From Dehalococcoidia bacterium (GTDB taxonomy: Bacteria > Chloroflexota > Dehalococcoidia > Plut-88900): a DNA stretch of 64,000 nt. A program made the translations under genes and the position numbers. Shown piece after piece: positions 48,756 to 60,696 of this stretch. Each line of letters opens with the position of its first letter. Position 1 is the first letter of the stretch. The notes under the pieces were generated by a model, which was not told where the DNA came from, did no database searches, and saw only the letters and a program-made list of their open reading frames with translations. The DNA is taken from positions 672,001 to 736,000 of the forward strand of contig CBDFLQ010000007.1 of NCBI GenBank assembly GCA_965249275.1, in the 5' to 3' direction.

Positions 48756-50972
48756 TCACAAATGCGGCCTCCCCACCCCAAACGCCTCCCCAATCACCCG
48801 TTCCAGCAAAACCCTGTCCCTCGCTCCGGATATTGCCGACACCGCCTCCCGCAACGTCTCCCGGTAGGCGTTCAGAAAGTCCCCGTCGACGTTTCCCATC
48901 AAGACTTCTATCCGGTACTTCTCGATTGCTCCATTCATCATCCTGCTCAATCTCCAGGCCCCATTTCTGCTGAGCAGACCAATAAGAAACTCCCCGTCTT
49001 GCTCTAATGAAATCCTCTGGTTCGGATACTCCCGAGACCTTTCCAGATCGTAGGCGAAGTAGGCCACCGACTCATACACCACCTCGTCCTCCCCCCGAGC
49101 CCTCAGCCCAGATACTATCTCCGCAGCAAGATCGGCATCAAAGTAGGAGATCCAATATATAAGCCGAGCCGGTGGCACCCGCACAGGCCCCGACTCCAAC
49201 ACTAGGTCCAACGTCGTCTCCATGTCTGCGCTCAGAATCTCCAACGCCTCCTCCGGCTTGTACGCTATAAACTCCGACACCCGCGGCTTCACTTCCCTGA
49301 TAATCGCCAGCGTTCCCTCCGGGTCACTTGACCCCCTTGCCGCTACTCTCTCATACGCCTCTTCATTCGCAGCCTTGTCGATTACAAAGTTCCCCGAGCT
49401 GTTTTCAAAAAGCGTCCTGAGTCCATCCGTGAACTCCCCCGACCCCGCGTCTCCCTTAATCCCCAGCGCATCGACAAGCTTCGCGGGCCGCAACCTCTGC
49501 CGAGCCTGGGCCGGGCTCAATTGGAGGAAATCCACCACGGCCTCATCACTTATGTTTTCCAGAATTGCCTCCGCTGCCTGCCTGTCGGTGCTGAAAAGCA
49601 GTTCCAGGATCGTATCCACATTCTGCTGCAATTTTGTCGGGTCGCTCAGCCCCAGCGATCTCACATGCTGCTCCAACGCCCGTGCCCCTGCACCCGGGTC
49701 CCCCTCCCCCGCCTCGAGGATCATCTCAACGTCACCAATATGATGACGCAGCTCCTCCACAAACGCTCCAGCTCCCTTCGGCAGGGCGTGTGATGCGACG
49801 TCTTCCTCCTCCGGTTCCAGAACCGCCAACAGCAGTCGATTGTCCAGGACCGGCAGGAAGTTGTAGAGGAAAGAGTCCTCTTCAAGTTGCTCGGTCAGAT
49901 ACTCAACCGCGTCGCCATGCCCCCGCCCCATCGCCGACTCCAGCGCCTCGAATGCAACCGCTATTGAGTCTTCAGTCCCGGCGCTCTCGTATTCCTCGAC
50001 CAAGCCCGGGTGCCGCTTGTGGATTGCGAACATCTCCCGCAGGTAGCTTCTCCAGAATGGAAAACCCCGGTCCACGTTTACCGCGTCCCTCAGGCTGTCA
50101 TCGTCGCTGAGCACTAAGTCAAACTGCTCTACGAAGTCGATTAGCCGTTGCCTCTCCTCCCCGACAAGTATGTCCCTCACCTTTTCGTCCAACCCCGACC
50201 CCTCACCCCTCCCCACCCCCGAGTATGCGGCCGTAGGTATGTGCGCAATCTGAAGATAGCCATCGGTTAGCCGTTTGTCCTCGGGATCCAGACCTGCGTA
50301 CCATCCCATCAAATCGGCCCATGTCCCATACCCTCCGTCAGACATGTATTGGTCGAAGTACTTCCTTAGAATGGGAGGGACCAAGCCCAGGTCTCCTGTC
50401 GTGAGCCTCGGAATGTCAGCTTCACCCGCGTGGGTCAGGTCCGGCAGCCGACCCTGGTTTAGGTTGGGAAAATTCCTGAATCGCTCCCTCAGGGGCTCGT
50501 ACCTGTCCGGGGGTTGGAGCATGAAGCGCCGCAAATCTTCGTGATACCGCGCCATCGCCGACGGTAAAGTTTCCCCTTCAGCCACTTCCCACGACAGCTC
50601 AGGGTGCCCGGTTACAGGAAATGCTCCCCAATAGGCGTGACCCAACTCATGCGCCACTACATCCGGCCTCGCCTGCCCCACCCCCGTGAAACCCCGGTAC
50701 CCCGTGCTCCCGTACCACGCCGGCTGCCCCTCCATCCGGCGAACGTCCAGGGAAGCAATCACGTCCCGACCCTCGGGTGTGATATTAAACAGCGTGAAGT
50801 ATGCGTCCAGCCGAGCCTGGACCCAGTCCGGCTCGTTATCCGTAGCCGCTACTGGTTGCCCACATGCTATAGACGCGGCCAGCACCAATGCCAGCGCCAG
50901 CAGCGCTGATGCTGTGAGGAGCGTCCTTGGCCCGGACCCCGACTTCGGACCGCGCCCGCGGCCTTTGGTCAA
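48756..50972 (-). CDS. Hypothetical lipoprotein with HExxH motif
   Basis: Basic N-terminus, hydrophobic stretch, SIA-C lipobox; VAHELGHAYW; acidic helical C-terminus. Confidence 0.7.
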   Translation of the reverse strand: MTKGRGRGPKSGSGPRTLLTASALLALALVLAASIACGQPVAATDNEPDWVQARLDAYFTLFNITPEGRDVIASLDVRRMEGQPAWYGSTGYRGFTGVGQARPDVVAHELGHAYWGAFPVTGHPELSWEVAEGETLPSAMARYHEDLRRFMLQPPDRYEPLRERFRNFPNLNQGRLPDLTHAGEADIPRLTTGDLGLVPPILRKYFDQYMSDGGYGTWADLMGWYAGLDPEDKRLTDGYLQIAHIPTAAYSGVGRGEGSGLDEKVRDILVGEERQRLIDFVEQFDLVLSDDDSLRDAVNVDRGFPFWRSYLREMFAIHKRHPGLVEEYESAGTEDSIAVAFEALESAMGRGHGDAVEYLTEQLEEDSFLYNFLPVLDNRLLLAVLEPEEEDVASHALPKGAGAFVEELRHHIGDVEMILEAGEGDPGAGARALEQHVRSLGLSDPTKLQQNVDTILELLFSTDRQAAEAILENISDEAVVDFLQLSPAQARQRLRPAKLVDALGIKGDAGSGEFTDGLRTLFENSSGNFVIDKAANEEAYERVAARGSSDPEGTLAIIREVKPRVSEFIAYKPEEALEILSADMETTLDLVLESGPVRVPPARLIYWISYFDADLAAEIVSGLRARGEDEVVYESVAYFAYDLERSREYPNQRISLEQDGEFLIGLLSRNGAWRLSRMMNGAIEKYRIEVLMGNVDGDFLNAYRETLREAVSAISGARDRVLLERVIGEAFGVGRPHL

Positions 50973-50977
50973 CCCAT

Positions 50978-51967
50978 CTACGCCTTTGCGCCCCGGACTT
51001 CGGGGTTGGGCGTGTTCGGCAGCGGCTCCCCATTCAGGCCCGCCATCAAGTTGTCGACGGCCATCAGGGACATTTTGGTGCGCGTCACCACGCTCCCGCT
51101 CGCAATGTGCGGAGCAATGATCACGTTCTCCAGGGTAAGCAGTGGGTCATCCATCGAGATAGGCTCTACCTCCGTCACATCCAGCCCCGCCGCTCCTATC
51201 GTCCCATCCTTCAGCGCATGGTATAGCGCCGTCTGATCGACAACCGGGCCCCTCGAAGTGTTCACCAGCACCGCCGTCGACTTCATCCCCGCAAGGGTGT
51301 CTGCATTTATAAGGTGCCGAGTCTCGGGAGTGAGGTTCACATGAATGCTTACGAAGTCGGACTGAGCAAGGAGTTCCTTAACGTCCGAGCAGTATGTCGC
51401 CCCGTACTCTTTTTCCCTCTCCTCGTTGCGAATCACGTCGTAGTAGACGATGTTCATCCCGAACCCCTTGGCCCGCTTCGCCATCTCCACCCCTATCCGC
51501 CCAAACCCGATTATCCCCAGCGTAGACCCGTGGATGTCCTGCCCCAGCAGCACCATCGGGCCCCAGGTCTTCCAGTTTCCGGCTCTCGTGTACCTGTCTC
51601 CTTCCGACACCCGGCGGCCAGCCGCCATAAGCAACGCAAAGGCGAAGTCCGCAGTCGTCTCGGTCAGAACTCCCGGCGTGTTCCCCACCGGGATACCCCG
51701 CTTGGTCGCCTCAGCTACGTCAATGTTGTCGAATCCGACAGCCATGTTGCTCACAACCCGCAGATTGGGCGCGGCATCAAAAAGCTCTGCGTCAATCTTC
51801 TCGGTCAGCAGGCAGAACAACCCGTCTATGTCCTGGACTTCCCGAAGAAGTTCCTCCCGAGAGGGCGGCATCTCCGAGTCCCAGTATTTCATGTCGGTCG
51901 CCTCTCTTAGACGGTCGACAGCCTCATCGAATATCTGTCTTGTAACGTAAATCTTGGGTTTGGCCAT
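50978..51967 (-). CDS. Glyoxylate reductase / D-glycerate dehydrogenase (D-2-hydroxyacid DH)
   Basis: [28 protein letters not shown]. Confidence 0.93.
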   Translation of the reverse strand: MAKPKIYVTRQIFDEAVDRLREATDMKYWDSEMPPSREELLREVQDIDGLFCLLTEKIDAELFDAAPNLRVVSNMAVGFDNIDVAEATKRGIPVGNTPGVLTETTADFAFALLMAAGRRVSEGDRYTRAGNWKTWGPMVLLGQDIHGSTLGIIGFGRIGVEMAKRAKGFGMNIVYYDVIRNEEREKEYGATYCSDVKELLAQSDFVSIHVNLTPETRHLINADTLAGMKSTAVLVNTSRGPVVDQTALYHALKDGTIGAAGLDVTEVEPISMDDPLLTLENVIIAPHIASGSVVTRTKMSLMAVDNLMAGLNGEPLPNTPNPEVRGAKA

Positions 51968-52048
51968 CAATGACCTCCGGCGAAAGTATTGGGCTATTCT
52001 ACCTTTCGCCATTCCCCTTTGCTACCACCCACCCCCGAGGGAAGCCTG

Positions 52049-52378
52049 TCCGCCTTAGGCGGATCATTCCGGCCGCCGAGAGCCGGTCGAAGATGCTGAA
52101 AGTGCGCCTTTGGCGTGCGCCGAGGCGTGAATCCATCCCCCGGCCGATGGCCCGCTCACCCTGAGCCTGCTGTAAGTCCGCTGAGGCGGATCGAAGGGTC
52201 GAGCGGGGGGCGGCCCCCGACTGCCAATCCGTCACCCCCGCCGTCATCCCAACCAAGCCCCCCTACCCTGTCATTCCGAGGCCCCGCGAGGAATCTGGGG
52301 GGCGGAGTCCTATCCCCTCTCCCTTTGACGGGAGAGGGCTAGAGCCTGCCCCGAGTCCCCCCGAGGGGGTGAGGGTGA
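52049..52378. repeat. REP mosaic: mini-hairpin, family C with nested insert, family B, and a CCCCTCTCCC..GGGAGAGGG..GGGTGAGGG element with an internal insert
   Basis: TCCGCCTTAGGCGGA at 52049; elements at 52151-52207, 52269-52296 and 52315-52378. Confidence 0.8.
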
Positions 52379-52404
52379 TCCCCCCCAAAAGTGACACCAG
52401 CCCC

Positions 52405-52434
52405 TTGACCCGATATGAACATATGTACTATATT
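52405..52434 (+). promoter_or_regulatory. Promoter with overlapping LexA/SOS-like box
   Basis: TTGACC...TATATT with GAAC-ATAT-GTAC (52417-52428) in the spacer; resembles the GAAC-N4-GTTC box. Confidence 0.55.
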
Positions 52435-53248
52435 CTCCCCCAGGCCCCGACACCAAACATCGGGCCCAATCAGGAAAGGACCAAAGGAGTCCCATGAGTC
52501 GCACAAGCCTTCATAGGCCCCGTCGACACCGAGCGGTATGCCACCGCCCGGCCACCGGCACGCGCCTCCTCCCCAGCCCCTTCCCACCCACCATCCTTCA
52601 CATCAACACCCACTACAAGCGCTGCCCAAAGGCCCTACGCCTACGCCTTCGCAGCGATCAGTCACCGTCCCGCCCCCTGTATGGAAGGTCCCCGGACAAA
52701 TCACGGCACGCCCTTTCCAAGGACCACTGCCAAGTGCGCGCCCCACTCACCCGGCGCATCCGTTTCGCCTCCTCAGGCGACGCCCTGGAGCACGGCGTCA
52801 TGTCGCTCCCTCGGGCCATAGCGCCCCCTTGGGCCATAGCGCCCTCTTCGGACTCCCCCGGCGTAGACCTTGCCGGCCAGTCCGAACAGTCGGACAACCC
52901 CCGACTCAAAACAAACGCACCATTTAAGGATTCCACCGTCGTCACAACCGGAGAACACCCGACTACGAACGGCGGTCACGGGTCCCCGCTCCCATCCCAT
53001 AGGGTGGTCGAGCACTTCTGGTGGACGGGACTGCCCCACGCCGAGAATTTCTCGGGTCTCGTTCACATCCCCTCAGAAGTTAGGGGCTGTCGCAGAGCCG
53101 TCCCCGATGTGGAACATCCGCTGGAGCGGACGCCAAGCATCGGTACAGGCGTAGACGCCTTCTCGCGCAACCGTCCGGGACCTTCCATCACCCTCCCATC
53201 CCCCACCCACAACCCCACATATCCCTCACCGACCATTGGAGGCCGCCC

Positions 53249-53551
53249 ATGCCTAGAGGAGGCCGCCGGCCCGGCGCCGGCGCACCCAAAGGAAACTACA
53301 ACGCTTTCAAGCACGGCAAGAACTCCCGCCGCCTGCGGGAGCTCGCCGCCATCCTTGCCCTCGTACCCCGCACCCGCCGCCCTGCCCAGGGTGACCCCCA
53401 GAAAGCCCGGCTCGCTTCCGCCCTCGCACTCTCCTCCTTTATGGACCGCCTTTCCCTCCACTCTTTGCAACTCACCGACCCCGCCATGCAAAACCTCCAT
53501 CGTGCCGTCAAAGCCCTTCAACCTCCCAAACCTAAGCGCTCAAGGGAATAG
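53249..53551 (+). CDS. Small basic hypothetical protein with GAPKGNxNAxKHG motif
   Basis: GGAGG RBS; MPRGGRRPGAGAPKGNYNAFKHG. Confidence 0.6.
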   Translation: MPRGGRRPGAGAPKGNYNAFKHGKNSRRLRELAAILALVPRTRRPAQGDPQKARLASALALSSFMDRLSLHSLQLTDPAMQNLHRAVKALQPPKPKRSRE

Positions 53552-53748
53552 CCCGCTCTTGGCACGGACTAAGCCAAAAACCCCTCGGAATTTAAGGGGA
53601 TTTTCCGAAAACAATCAGAATTTACGCCTGAGTGCGCACATCAATCAAAAACCCCCACCCACCGGCCCCCCTTGCCCCCTCATCCCCCCATCCCCGATAA
53701 TGACCCTCAAGCCGCCGCCTTAATGCATATCTTGGGAGGAGAGACGCT

Positions 53749-55137
53749 ATGAGGGCCACCGACGCCGCAATCGACTTTATCCATCGCACGCAACTTGATG
53801 ACATCCCCGCCGATGTCCAGCATCTCGGCAAGCGGGCGATTCTGGACACCGTGGGAGTCTCTCTAGCAGCAGCCAAGGATGAGGCCGTTGCCATCCTCGC
53901 AGAGACCCTCGCCGGTCGCGAGGGCAATTCGGCCGCCACTGTCATAGGCCGCAGCCACCGTACCGACTCCCTTTCCGCCGCTCTCATCAACGGCGTCCTG
54001 GCCCACGCCCTCGACTTTGATGATGTAAACGACTCCTGTATGGGCCATCCAAGCGCACCCCTGGTCCCCGCCGTTCTGGCTCTTGGCGAGGAACTGGGAG
54101 CATCCGGCGCCCGGGTGCTGGAGGCTTTCCTAATCGGCTTCGAGCTGGAGTGCAAGCTCGGTCTTGCTATCGGCAACGCCCACTACGCCAAGGGCTGGCA
54201 CGCCACCGCAACTACCGGAACAATGGCTGCTGCGGCCGCGTGCGCCAAGCTGCTCGGACTGGACCGTGAGCGCCTAGGCATGGCCCTCGGCATCGCCGCA
54301 TCCTCCTCCGCCGGAATGAGGATCAACTTCGGCACCATGACCAAGCCCTTCCACGTTGGCCAAGCGGCCCGTGGCGGCCTCATGGCTGCCCTCCTGGCCT
54401 CCAACGGCTTTACTGCCACCGCCGACATCCTGGACCACCCTATCGACTACACCCGCGTCTTCGCCGACAAGGGCGAGGCCGATGCCTCCCGTATCGTCGG
54501 TACCCTGGGTAGCCCCTGGGACATCGCATCCCCCGGCCTGGTAGTCAAGAAGTACCCCTGCTGCAACAGCACCCACCGGACCATCGACGCGACCCTGAGC
54601 CTCGTCTCCGAGCACAGTCCCTCGCCCTCCGAGATCGAAAGCATTGTTATAACTATGCCCCCCGGCGAGGACATTCCCCTGATCTACAGCCGAGCCTCCA
54701 CCGGCCTAGAGGGCAAGTTCTCCATGCAGTACTGCATCGCATCCGCCATCCTCGACGGTCGAGTCGACCTCAATACCTTCGACCAGACCAGCGTCGACAG
54801 GCCCGAAGTGCAGCGGCTGACGGGCCTCGTCAAACTGGAGTACGACGACACTCAGGATCCCGTCGTCGTCAATGCCGGCGGCCACGTCGACGTCACTATT
54901 AACATGTCAGCTGGGAGCTCGGTAACTACCCGCATCGAACAGGCCGGCGGCACCCCCGAGTATCCCCTGAGTGACGAGGAACTAAACCAGAAGTTCACCT
55001 CCTGCGCCAGCAGGACCTTGAACTCCTCGCAAGTAGACCAGGCGCTTTCCCAGGTCTACGCCCTCCAGGACATGCCTGACATCGGGGAGCTTATGTCCAC
55101 TATAGCCGCCCCTGTCATGGCTCCGAGCGTGGGCTAA
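53749..55137 (+). CDS. MmgE/PrpD family protein
   Basis: NGVLAHALDFDD, GHPSA, GWH, TKPFHVG, KKYPCC, GKFS. Confidence 0.93.
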   Translation: MRATDAAIDFIHRTQLDDIPADVQHLGKRAILDTVGVSLAAAKDEAVAILAETLAGREGNSAATVIGRSHRTDSLSAALINGVLAHALDFDDVNDSCMGHPSAPLVPAVLALGEELGASGARVLEAFLIGFELECKLGLAIGNAHYAKGWHATATTGTMAAAAACAKLLGLDRERLGMALGIAASSSAGMRINFGTMTKPFHVGQAARGGLMAALLASNGFTATADILDHPIDYTRVFADKGEADASRIVGTLGSPWDIASPGLVVKKYPCCNSTHRTIDATLSLVSEHSPSPSEIESIVITMPPGEDIPLIYSRASTGLEGKFSMQYCIASAILDGRVDLNTFDQTSVDRPEVQRLTGLVKLEYDDTQDPVVVNAGGHVDVTINMSAGSSVTTRIEQAGGTPEYPLSDEELNQKFTSCASRTLNSSQVDQALSQVYALQDMPDIGELMSTIAAPVMAPSVG

Positions 55138-55236
55138 AGGCCAGCTGTCCTAACCTGGGACTCTAGCCTCCTCCGGTCAGCTTCAGCGTGTCGCAAACTC
55201 GCAAGCGCTGAGGTGAGTTGGCACGGGTACATCGGC

Positions 55237-55265
55237 TTGACTAAGGTAGGTGCCCGTGTTAGATT
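55237..55265 (+). promoter_or_regulatory. rRNA promoter
   Basis: TTGACT-17nt-TAGATT upstream of the 16S leader. Confidence 0.65.
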
Positions 55266-55338
55266 ACCCCTTGCACATTTGCACCTTAACAACTGAATAG
55301 TGGAAGGAAGCCAATAGCTAGGTAAGAAAAAGATAAAC

Positions 55339-56939
<1,601 letters not shown>

Positions 56940-57067
56940 GGGAGTATTTCTCACACCCACGTGGTGCGGAGACATCTCCTAGGTCGGTCTCTCCGGTTCG
57001 CCGGGGAGCATTTCCTCCCACTGGGAGGACTCGGCTTCCTTTCACTATTAAGTTGTTAAGGCCTTTT

Positions 57068-57105
57068 AAAGAGGCGGTCCGGTTAATCCGGACCGCCTCT
57101 TTTTT
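57068..57105 (+). terminator. Intrinsic terminator of the 16S transcript
   Basis: AAAGAGGCGGTCCGG-TTAAT-CCGGACCGCCTCTTTTTT. Confidence 0.85.
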
Positions 57106-57149
57106 GATCTAGAGAATCAGTGTGCAAGAATGACCCTAGGGAGGTGAGT

Positions 57150-57362
57150 ATGCGGAATGTTCAAGTGGTACTGTATCGGGAGGGGGACCTGTGGTTCGCC
57201 CATGCATTAAACGTGGACGTGTCGTCATTTGCAGACACTCGAGAAGAGGCGCGGTCCGCCATTCAAGAGGCGTTGATACTGTATTGCGAGGACGCACAGG
57301 ACGGGGAGGTTACAGAAGTCTCCGACGTGATGGTGGAGACGGTCAGCTTTGCAGTTTCATAG
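57150..57362 (+). CDS. HicB-like antitoxin
   Basis: YREGDLWFA..V.S.ADTREEARSAIQEAL.LY pattern; GGAGG RBS. Confidence 0.75.
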   Translation: MRNVQVVLYREGDLWFAHALNVDVSSFADTREEARSAIQEALILYCEDAQDGEVTEVSDVMVETVSFAVS

Positions 57363-57569
57363 TACTCGCGAGGCATTGCAAACATTAGATCGTCTCGGGT
57401 TTTGGAGCGTGCCCCAGCGTAGGACCAGCCTTAACTGCGACTACAAACGCCGGGAATTACTCGAACTGTTTTAGCCAAGATGGGATCGAGCGAGGCACCC
57501 TCACGGACAATGGCTTGGATCCTTGACGAGGCCAACCTCTACAGCGTCGAGCTTCAGTTAGAAGTGTGA
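57349..57569 (+). pseudogene. Frameshifted HicA toxin remnant
   Basis: Frame 1 STREALQTLDRLGF..QR, then a second frame RTVL...TMAWILDEANL; catalytic GSH motif lost. Confidence 0.55.
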
Positions 57570-57603
57570 GGACATTGGCGCATTGAGAGAGGGCTGGGGG
57601 GCC

Positions 57604-59661
57604 TTACTCCTCCAACGACTCCGCCAGAATCTCCACCAGGTCCTTGGCCACGATCTTCCCCTCCTGCTCCTTCACCCGGATCCCGTCTTCGAACATCTGT
57701 AGACAGAACGGGCACGACGTCCCGACCACCTCGGCCCCCGTCTCCAGCGCGTGTTCGGTTCGAACGTGGTTGATCCTCTTCCCCTTGGACGACTCTTCGA
57801 TCCACATGTGACCGCCACCTGCGCCACAGCAGAAGGCTCGGCTCCTGTTCCGAGCCATTTCCAATGTCTTGATCCCGGGGATCTTCTTCAACATCCGTCG
57901 GGGCTCTTCGTAGACGCCGTTGTGCCGACCCAGGTAGCAAGAGTCGTGGTAGGCAACTTTCTTGTCTATGGGCTTCTTCGGCTTAATCTTGCCCTGCTCC
58001 ATGAGCTCGTCGATGAACTGGTTGTGGTGCATCACTTCGAAGTTGCCGCCAAACTGGGGGTACTCGTTCTTCATCGTGTTGAAGCAGTGGGGGCAGGCGG
58101 TAACGATGCGGTTGATACCGTACTTCTTGAGAGTCTCGATGTTCTGCTCGGCCAATAGCTGGAACAAGTACTCGTTGCCCATCCGGCGGGCCGGATCTCC
58201 GTTGCACGTCTCCTCGTCACCGAGAATCGAGAAGTTGACCCCAGCCGTGTTCAGCACCGAGGCCAAAGACTTCGCTATCCCCTGGCTCCTCTCTTCCAGT
58301 GCCGGTGTGCACCCGACCCAGAAAAGCACGTCCGGGTGGGGGTTATCGGCGATCAGTTTAACGTCGACTCCTTCGGTCCAGTCGGTACGTCCAAACTTGG
58401 TGCCCGCCCACGGATGACCTCGCGTCTCCATGCTGCGAAGGGCGTTCTGGCCGCTCTCCGGCATCTTGCCCTCTTCCAGAACCAGGTGTCGGCGCATGTC
58501 TACTATGCTGTCGATATGCTCGATCGCGACGGGGCATTCCTGTTCGCAGGCGCCACAAGTGACACAGTCCCAGATGGCCTCCTCGCTGACGATGTTGCCA
58601 ATGACTGGGAGCGCCGCGCCGTTACCGTTGCCATCCCCGCCTTTGGCCAGCATGGGCCCGACATCCAGGAGGTGGTCCTTGATTCCCTCAATGACGTGCA
58701 TGGGTGACAACACCTTACCGGTAAGGTTCGCTGGGCAGGCGTCGGAGCAGCGGCCGCAGACGGCGCAAGCGTAGCCGTCCAACAGCTCTTTCCAGGTGAA
58801 CTCCTGAACAAAGTTTGCCCCGAAGCTCTCGGCTGTCTCCATGTCCTTAATGGGGTGGAGGGTGCCTCTGGGGTTAATGTCGTGAAGGAAGGCGTTGATT
58901 GGAGCCCCTATCATGTGCATGTGCTTGGAGAAGGGGATGTACATGCTGAACCCAATGATAAGAGCTACGTGGGCCCACCAGAAGATACCGTGAAGCGTGT
59001 TTACAACTTCGAAGCTCGCCCCGTCAAAGAGCTTCCCTAGAGCCGTGCCGACCGGAGAGGCTACGTGAGGACTGGGCTCGGCGAATACGCCCTGACTGGC
59101 CATCGCGTTGTAGAAACCTTCCACCAGGAAGGTGAATATCATCAGGCCGGCAATCGCGCCTACGATGATTACGGCATCGGAGCTGCGGGTTAGGTCGAAG
59201 CTCAGGCGCCGAGGCTTGGCCAGCCATCTCCGTACCAGCGCCCATGTAAGGGAAGTGAGGATGGCAAGCCCGAGGGCATCGAGCACGAAGACGTAGACTT
59301 TAACGCCAGTGTCGGTGAGGATGGTCTCGGATATATTGGGGTTTATCGAGTCCAGAAAGACGAATAGAACATAGCTAAGGGCGAAGCATAGGAATCCCCA
59401 GAAGACGAACACGTGCCCCAACCCAGCCTTGTCTTTCAGGGACACCCGTTGAAGCACCTTCCTTTGAGCCAATACGACCACCAAGGCGTTTAAGCTTCGC
59501 TTCAGAGGTTGATCGAAGCGGTTCTCGCTCTTGCCAAGCATGATCAGACGGAATACCCGGGAATAGACCACATAACCGGCAAATCCGAATCCAAGGACAG
59601 CGAACGCGAACACGCCAATCCAGATGGGAATCACGCCAAAGATTTCGCCTGGTGGGACCAT
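57604..59661 (-). CDS. Membrane-anchored Fe-S oxidoreductase (FadF/GlpC/HdrD-like)
   Basis: N-terminal TM helices, CAVCGRC..CP and CVTCGAC..CP, two CCG domains. Confidence 0.9.
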   Translation of the reverse strand: MVPPGEIFGVIPIWIGVFAFAVLGFGFAGYVVYSRVFRLIMLGKSENRFDQPLKRSLNALVVVLAQRKVLQRVSLKDKAGLGHVFVFWGFLCFALSYVLFVFLDSINPNISETILTDTGVKVYVFVLDALGLAILTSLTWALVRRWLAKPRRLSFDLTRSSDAVIIVGAIAGLMIFTFLVEGFYNAMASQGVFAEPSPHVASPVGTALGKLFDGASFEVVNTLHGIFWWAHVALIIGFSMYIPFSKHMHMIGAPINAFLHDINPRGTLHPIKDMETAESFGANFVQEFTWKELLDGYACAVCGRCSDACPANLTGKVLSPMHVIEGIKDHLLDVGPMLAKGGDGNGNGAALPVIGNIVSEEAIWDCVTCGACEQECPVAIEHIDSIVDMRRHLVLEEGKMPESGQNALRSMETRGHPWAGTKFGRTDWTEGVDVKLIADNPHPDVLFWVGCTPALEERSQGIAKSLASVLNTAGVNFSILGDEETCNGDPARRMGNEYLFQLLAEQNIETLKKYGINRIVTACPHCFNTMKNEYPQFGGNFEVMHHNQFIDELMEQGKIKPKKPIDKKVAYHDSCYLGRHNGVYEEPRRMLKKIPGIKTLEMARNRSRAFCCGAGGGHMWIEESSKGKRINHVRTEHALETGAEVVGTSCPFCLQMFEDGIRVKEQEGKIVAKDLVEILAESLEE

Positions 59662-59742
59662 GTTTCCTGTGTCTCCTGAGGAGTAAAGCTATGGGATAAC
59701 CGGTGCGCGAGTGTAGCATGGGCCTGTCGGCAGCGACAAGCG

Positions 59743-59782
59743 AAGGGGTCGGCCCGCCGATGGCGGAGCCGACCCCTTTTTT
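59743..59782. terminator. GC hairpin downstream of the sdhE-like gene
   Basis: AAGGGGTCGGC...GCCGACCCCTTTTTT; the loop contains the CCGCC-N3-GGCGG mini-hairpin. Confidence 0.55.
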
Positions 59783-59811
59783 GGTTCAGCTAGAAGCAAC
59801 AAGACCGAGGG

Positions 59812-60696
59812 TTACACTTTGGCCTTCTTCTTGGCCTTGGCCTCCACCGGCGAGGTGGAAACAAGGTGCCGCTGCATCTCCATCTCCTTGGGGGTGAAGC
59901 CCAAGGCCAGACCCACAAGCTGGGGCAGATGCAGCACTGGCAGGTTGATCTTCCTGCCCTTATGGGCTTCGGCACGACTCTGCGTCCCATCCAATTCTAG
60001 ATGGCAGAGGGGGCAGGGGGTAACCATGGCATCCGCGCCCTTGTCCTTCGCCTCTATGGTGTGGTTGCCGCACATCTCCAGCGAGTTTTCCTCGTTGGGG
60101 TATAGGATGGGAAAACCACAGCACTTGCCCTTGCCCTTCGTCACGACCACTTGCCCACCTAGGGCTGTAATAGTGCCCTCCAGGGCAGTTTTCCTGCTCT
60201 CCTTGCCCTTCGGCACAACGACTTCAGGAGGACGGCGGAGGTAGCATCCGTAGAAGGGAGCGACCTTAAGTTCCTCCAGCGGGTTCACCACCAACTCTTT
60301 CAGCTTGTCCAGCCCAAAGTCCTCCTCCAGCACCCACAGGAAGTGCTTCACGTCCGTGGTGCCCTTGTACTCCAGGCCTTCTTCGTCCAGGTATTCGTGG
60401 TTGATCCTGGCACGGTATTCAGGGTCGGTGGTAAGTCGGTGGTTTGCCTGCATAAGGCACCCTTGGCAAGTGCTGCAGATGGTCATAATGGGGAGGCCCA
60501 TAGCCTCGGCCTTGGCGAGAGTCCGAGCATTGATGGGGTCGGAGACCTCCCGACTAAGGACGCCCGCGCCGGTACAACCGACATCTTCCATCTCCACCAG
60601 CTCAATGCCGAGCCTGTCGGCAACCTTTACGGCGGCGGGGTAAAGCTCGGGGCATCCGCCTTTGGCGACGCAACCCGGATAGAATGCATATCTCAT
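59812..60696 (-). CDS. CCG-domain HdrB-like / type-E succinate dehydrogenase anchor subunit
   Basis: YAFYPGC, GCTG, CSTC, FYGC, CCG, CPLC; ATGA overlap with sdhB. Confidence 0.88.
   Translation of the reverse strand: MRYAFYPGCVAKGGCPELYPAAVKVADRLGIELVEMEDVGCTGAGVLSREVSDPINARTLAKAEAMGLPIMTICSTCQGCLMQANHRLTTDPEYRARINHEYLDEEGLEYKGTTDVKHFLWVLEEDFGLDKLKELVVNPLEELKVAPFYGCYLRRPPEVVVPKGKESRKTALEGTITALGGQVVVTKGKGKCCGFPILYPNEENSLEMCGNHTIEAKDKGADAMVTPCPLCHLELDGTQSRAEAHKGRKINLPVLHLPQLVGLALGFTPKEMEMQRHLVSTSPVEAKAKKKAKV

Noticed and set aside
52494-53723. 409-aa ORF as a confident CDS
   Set aside because: Low-complexity composition, no motif, overlaps a better-supported ORF; kept only as a finding
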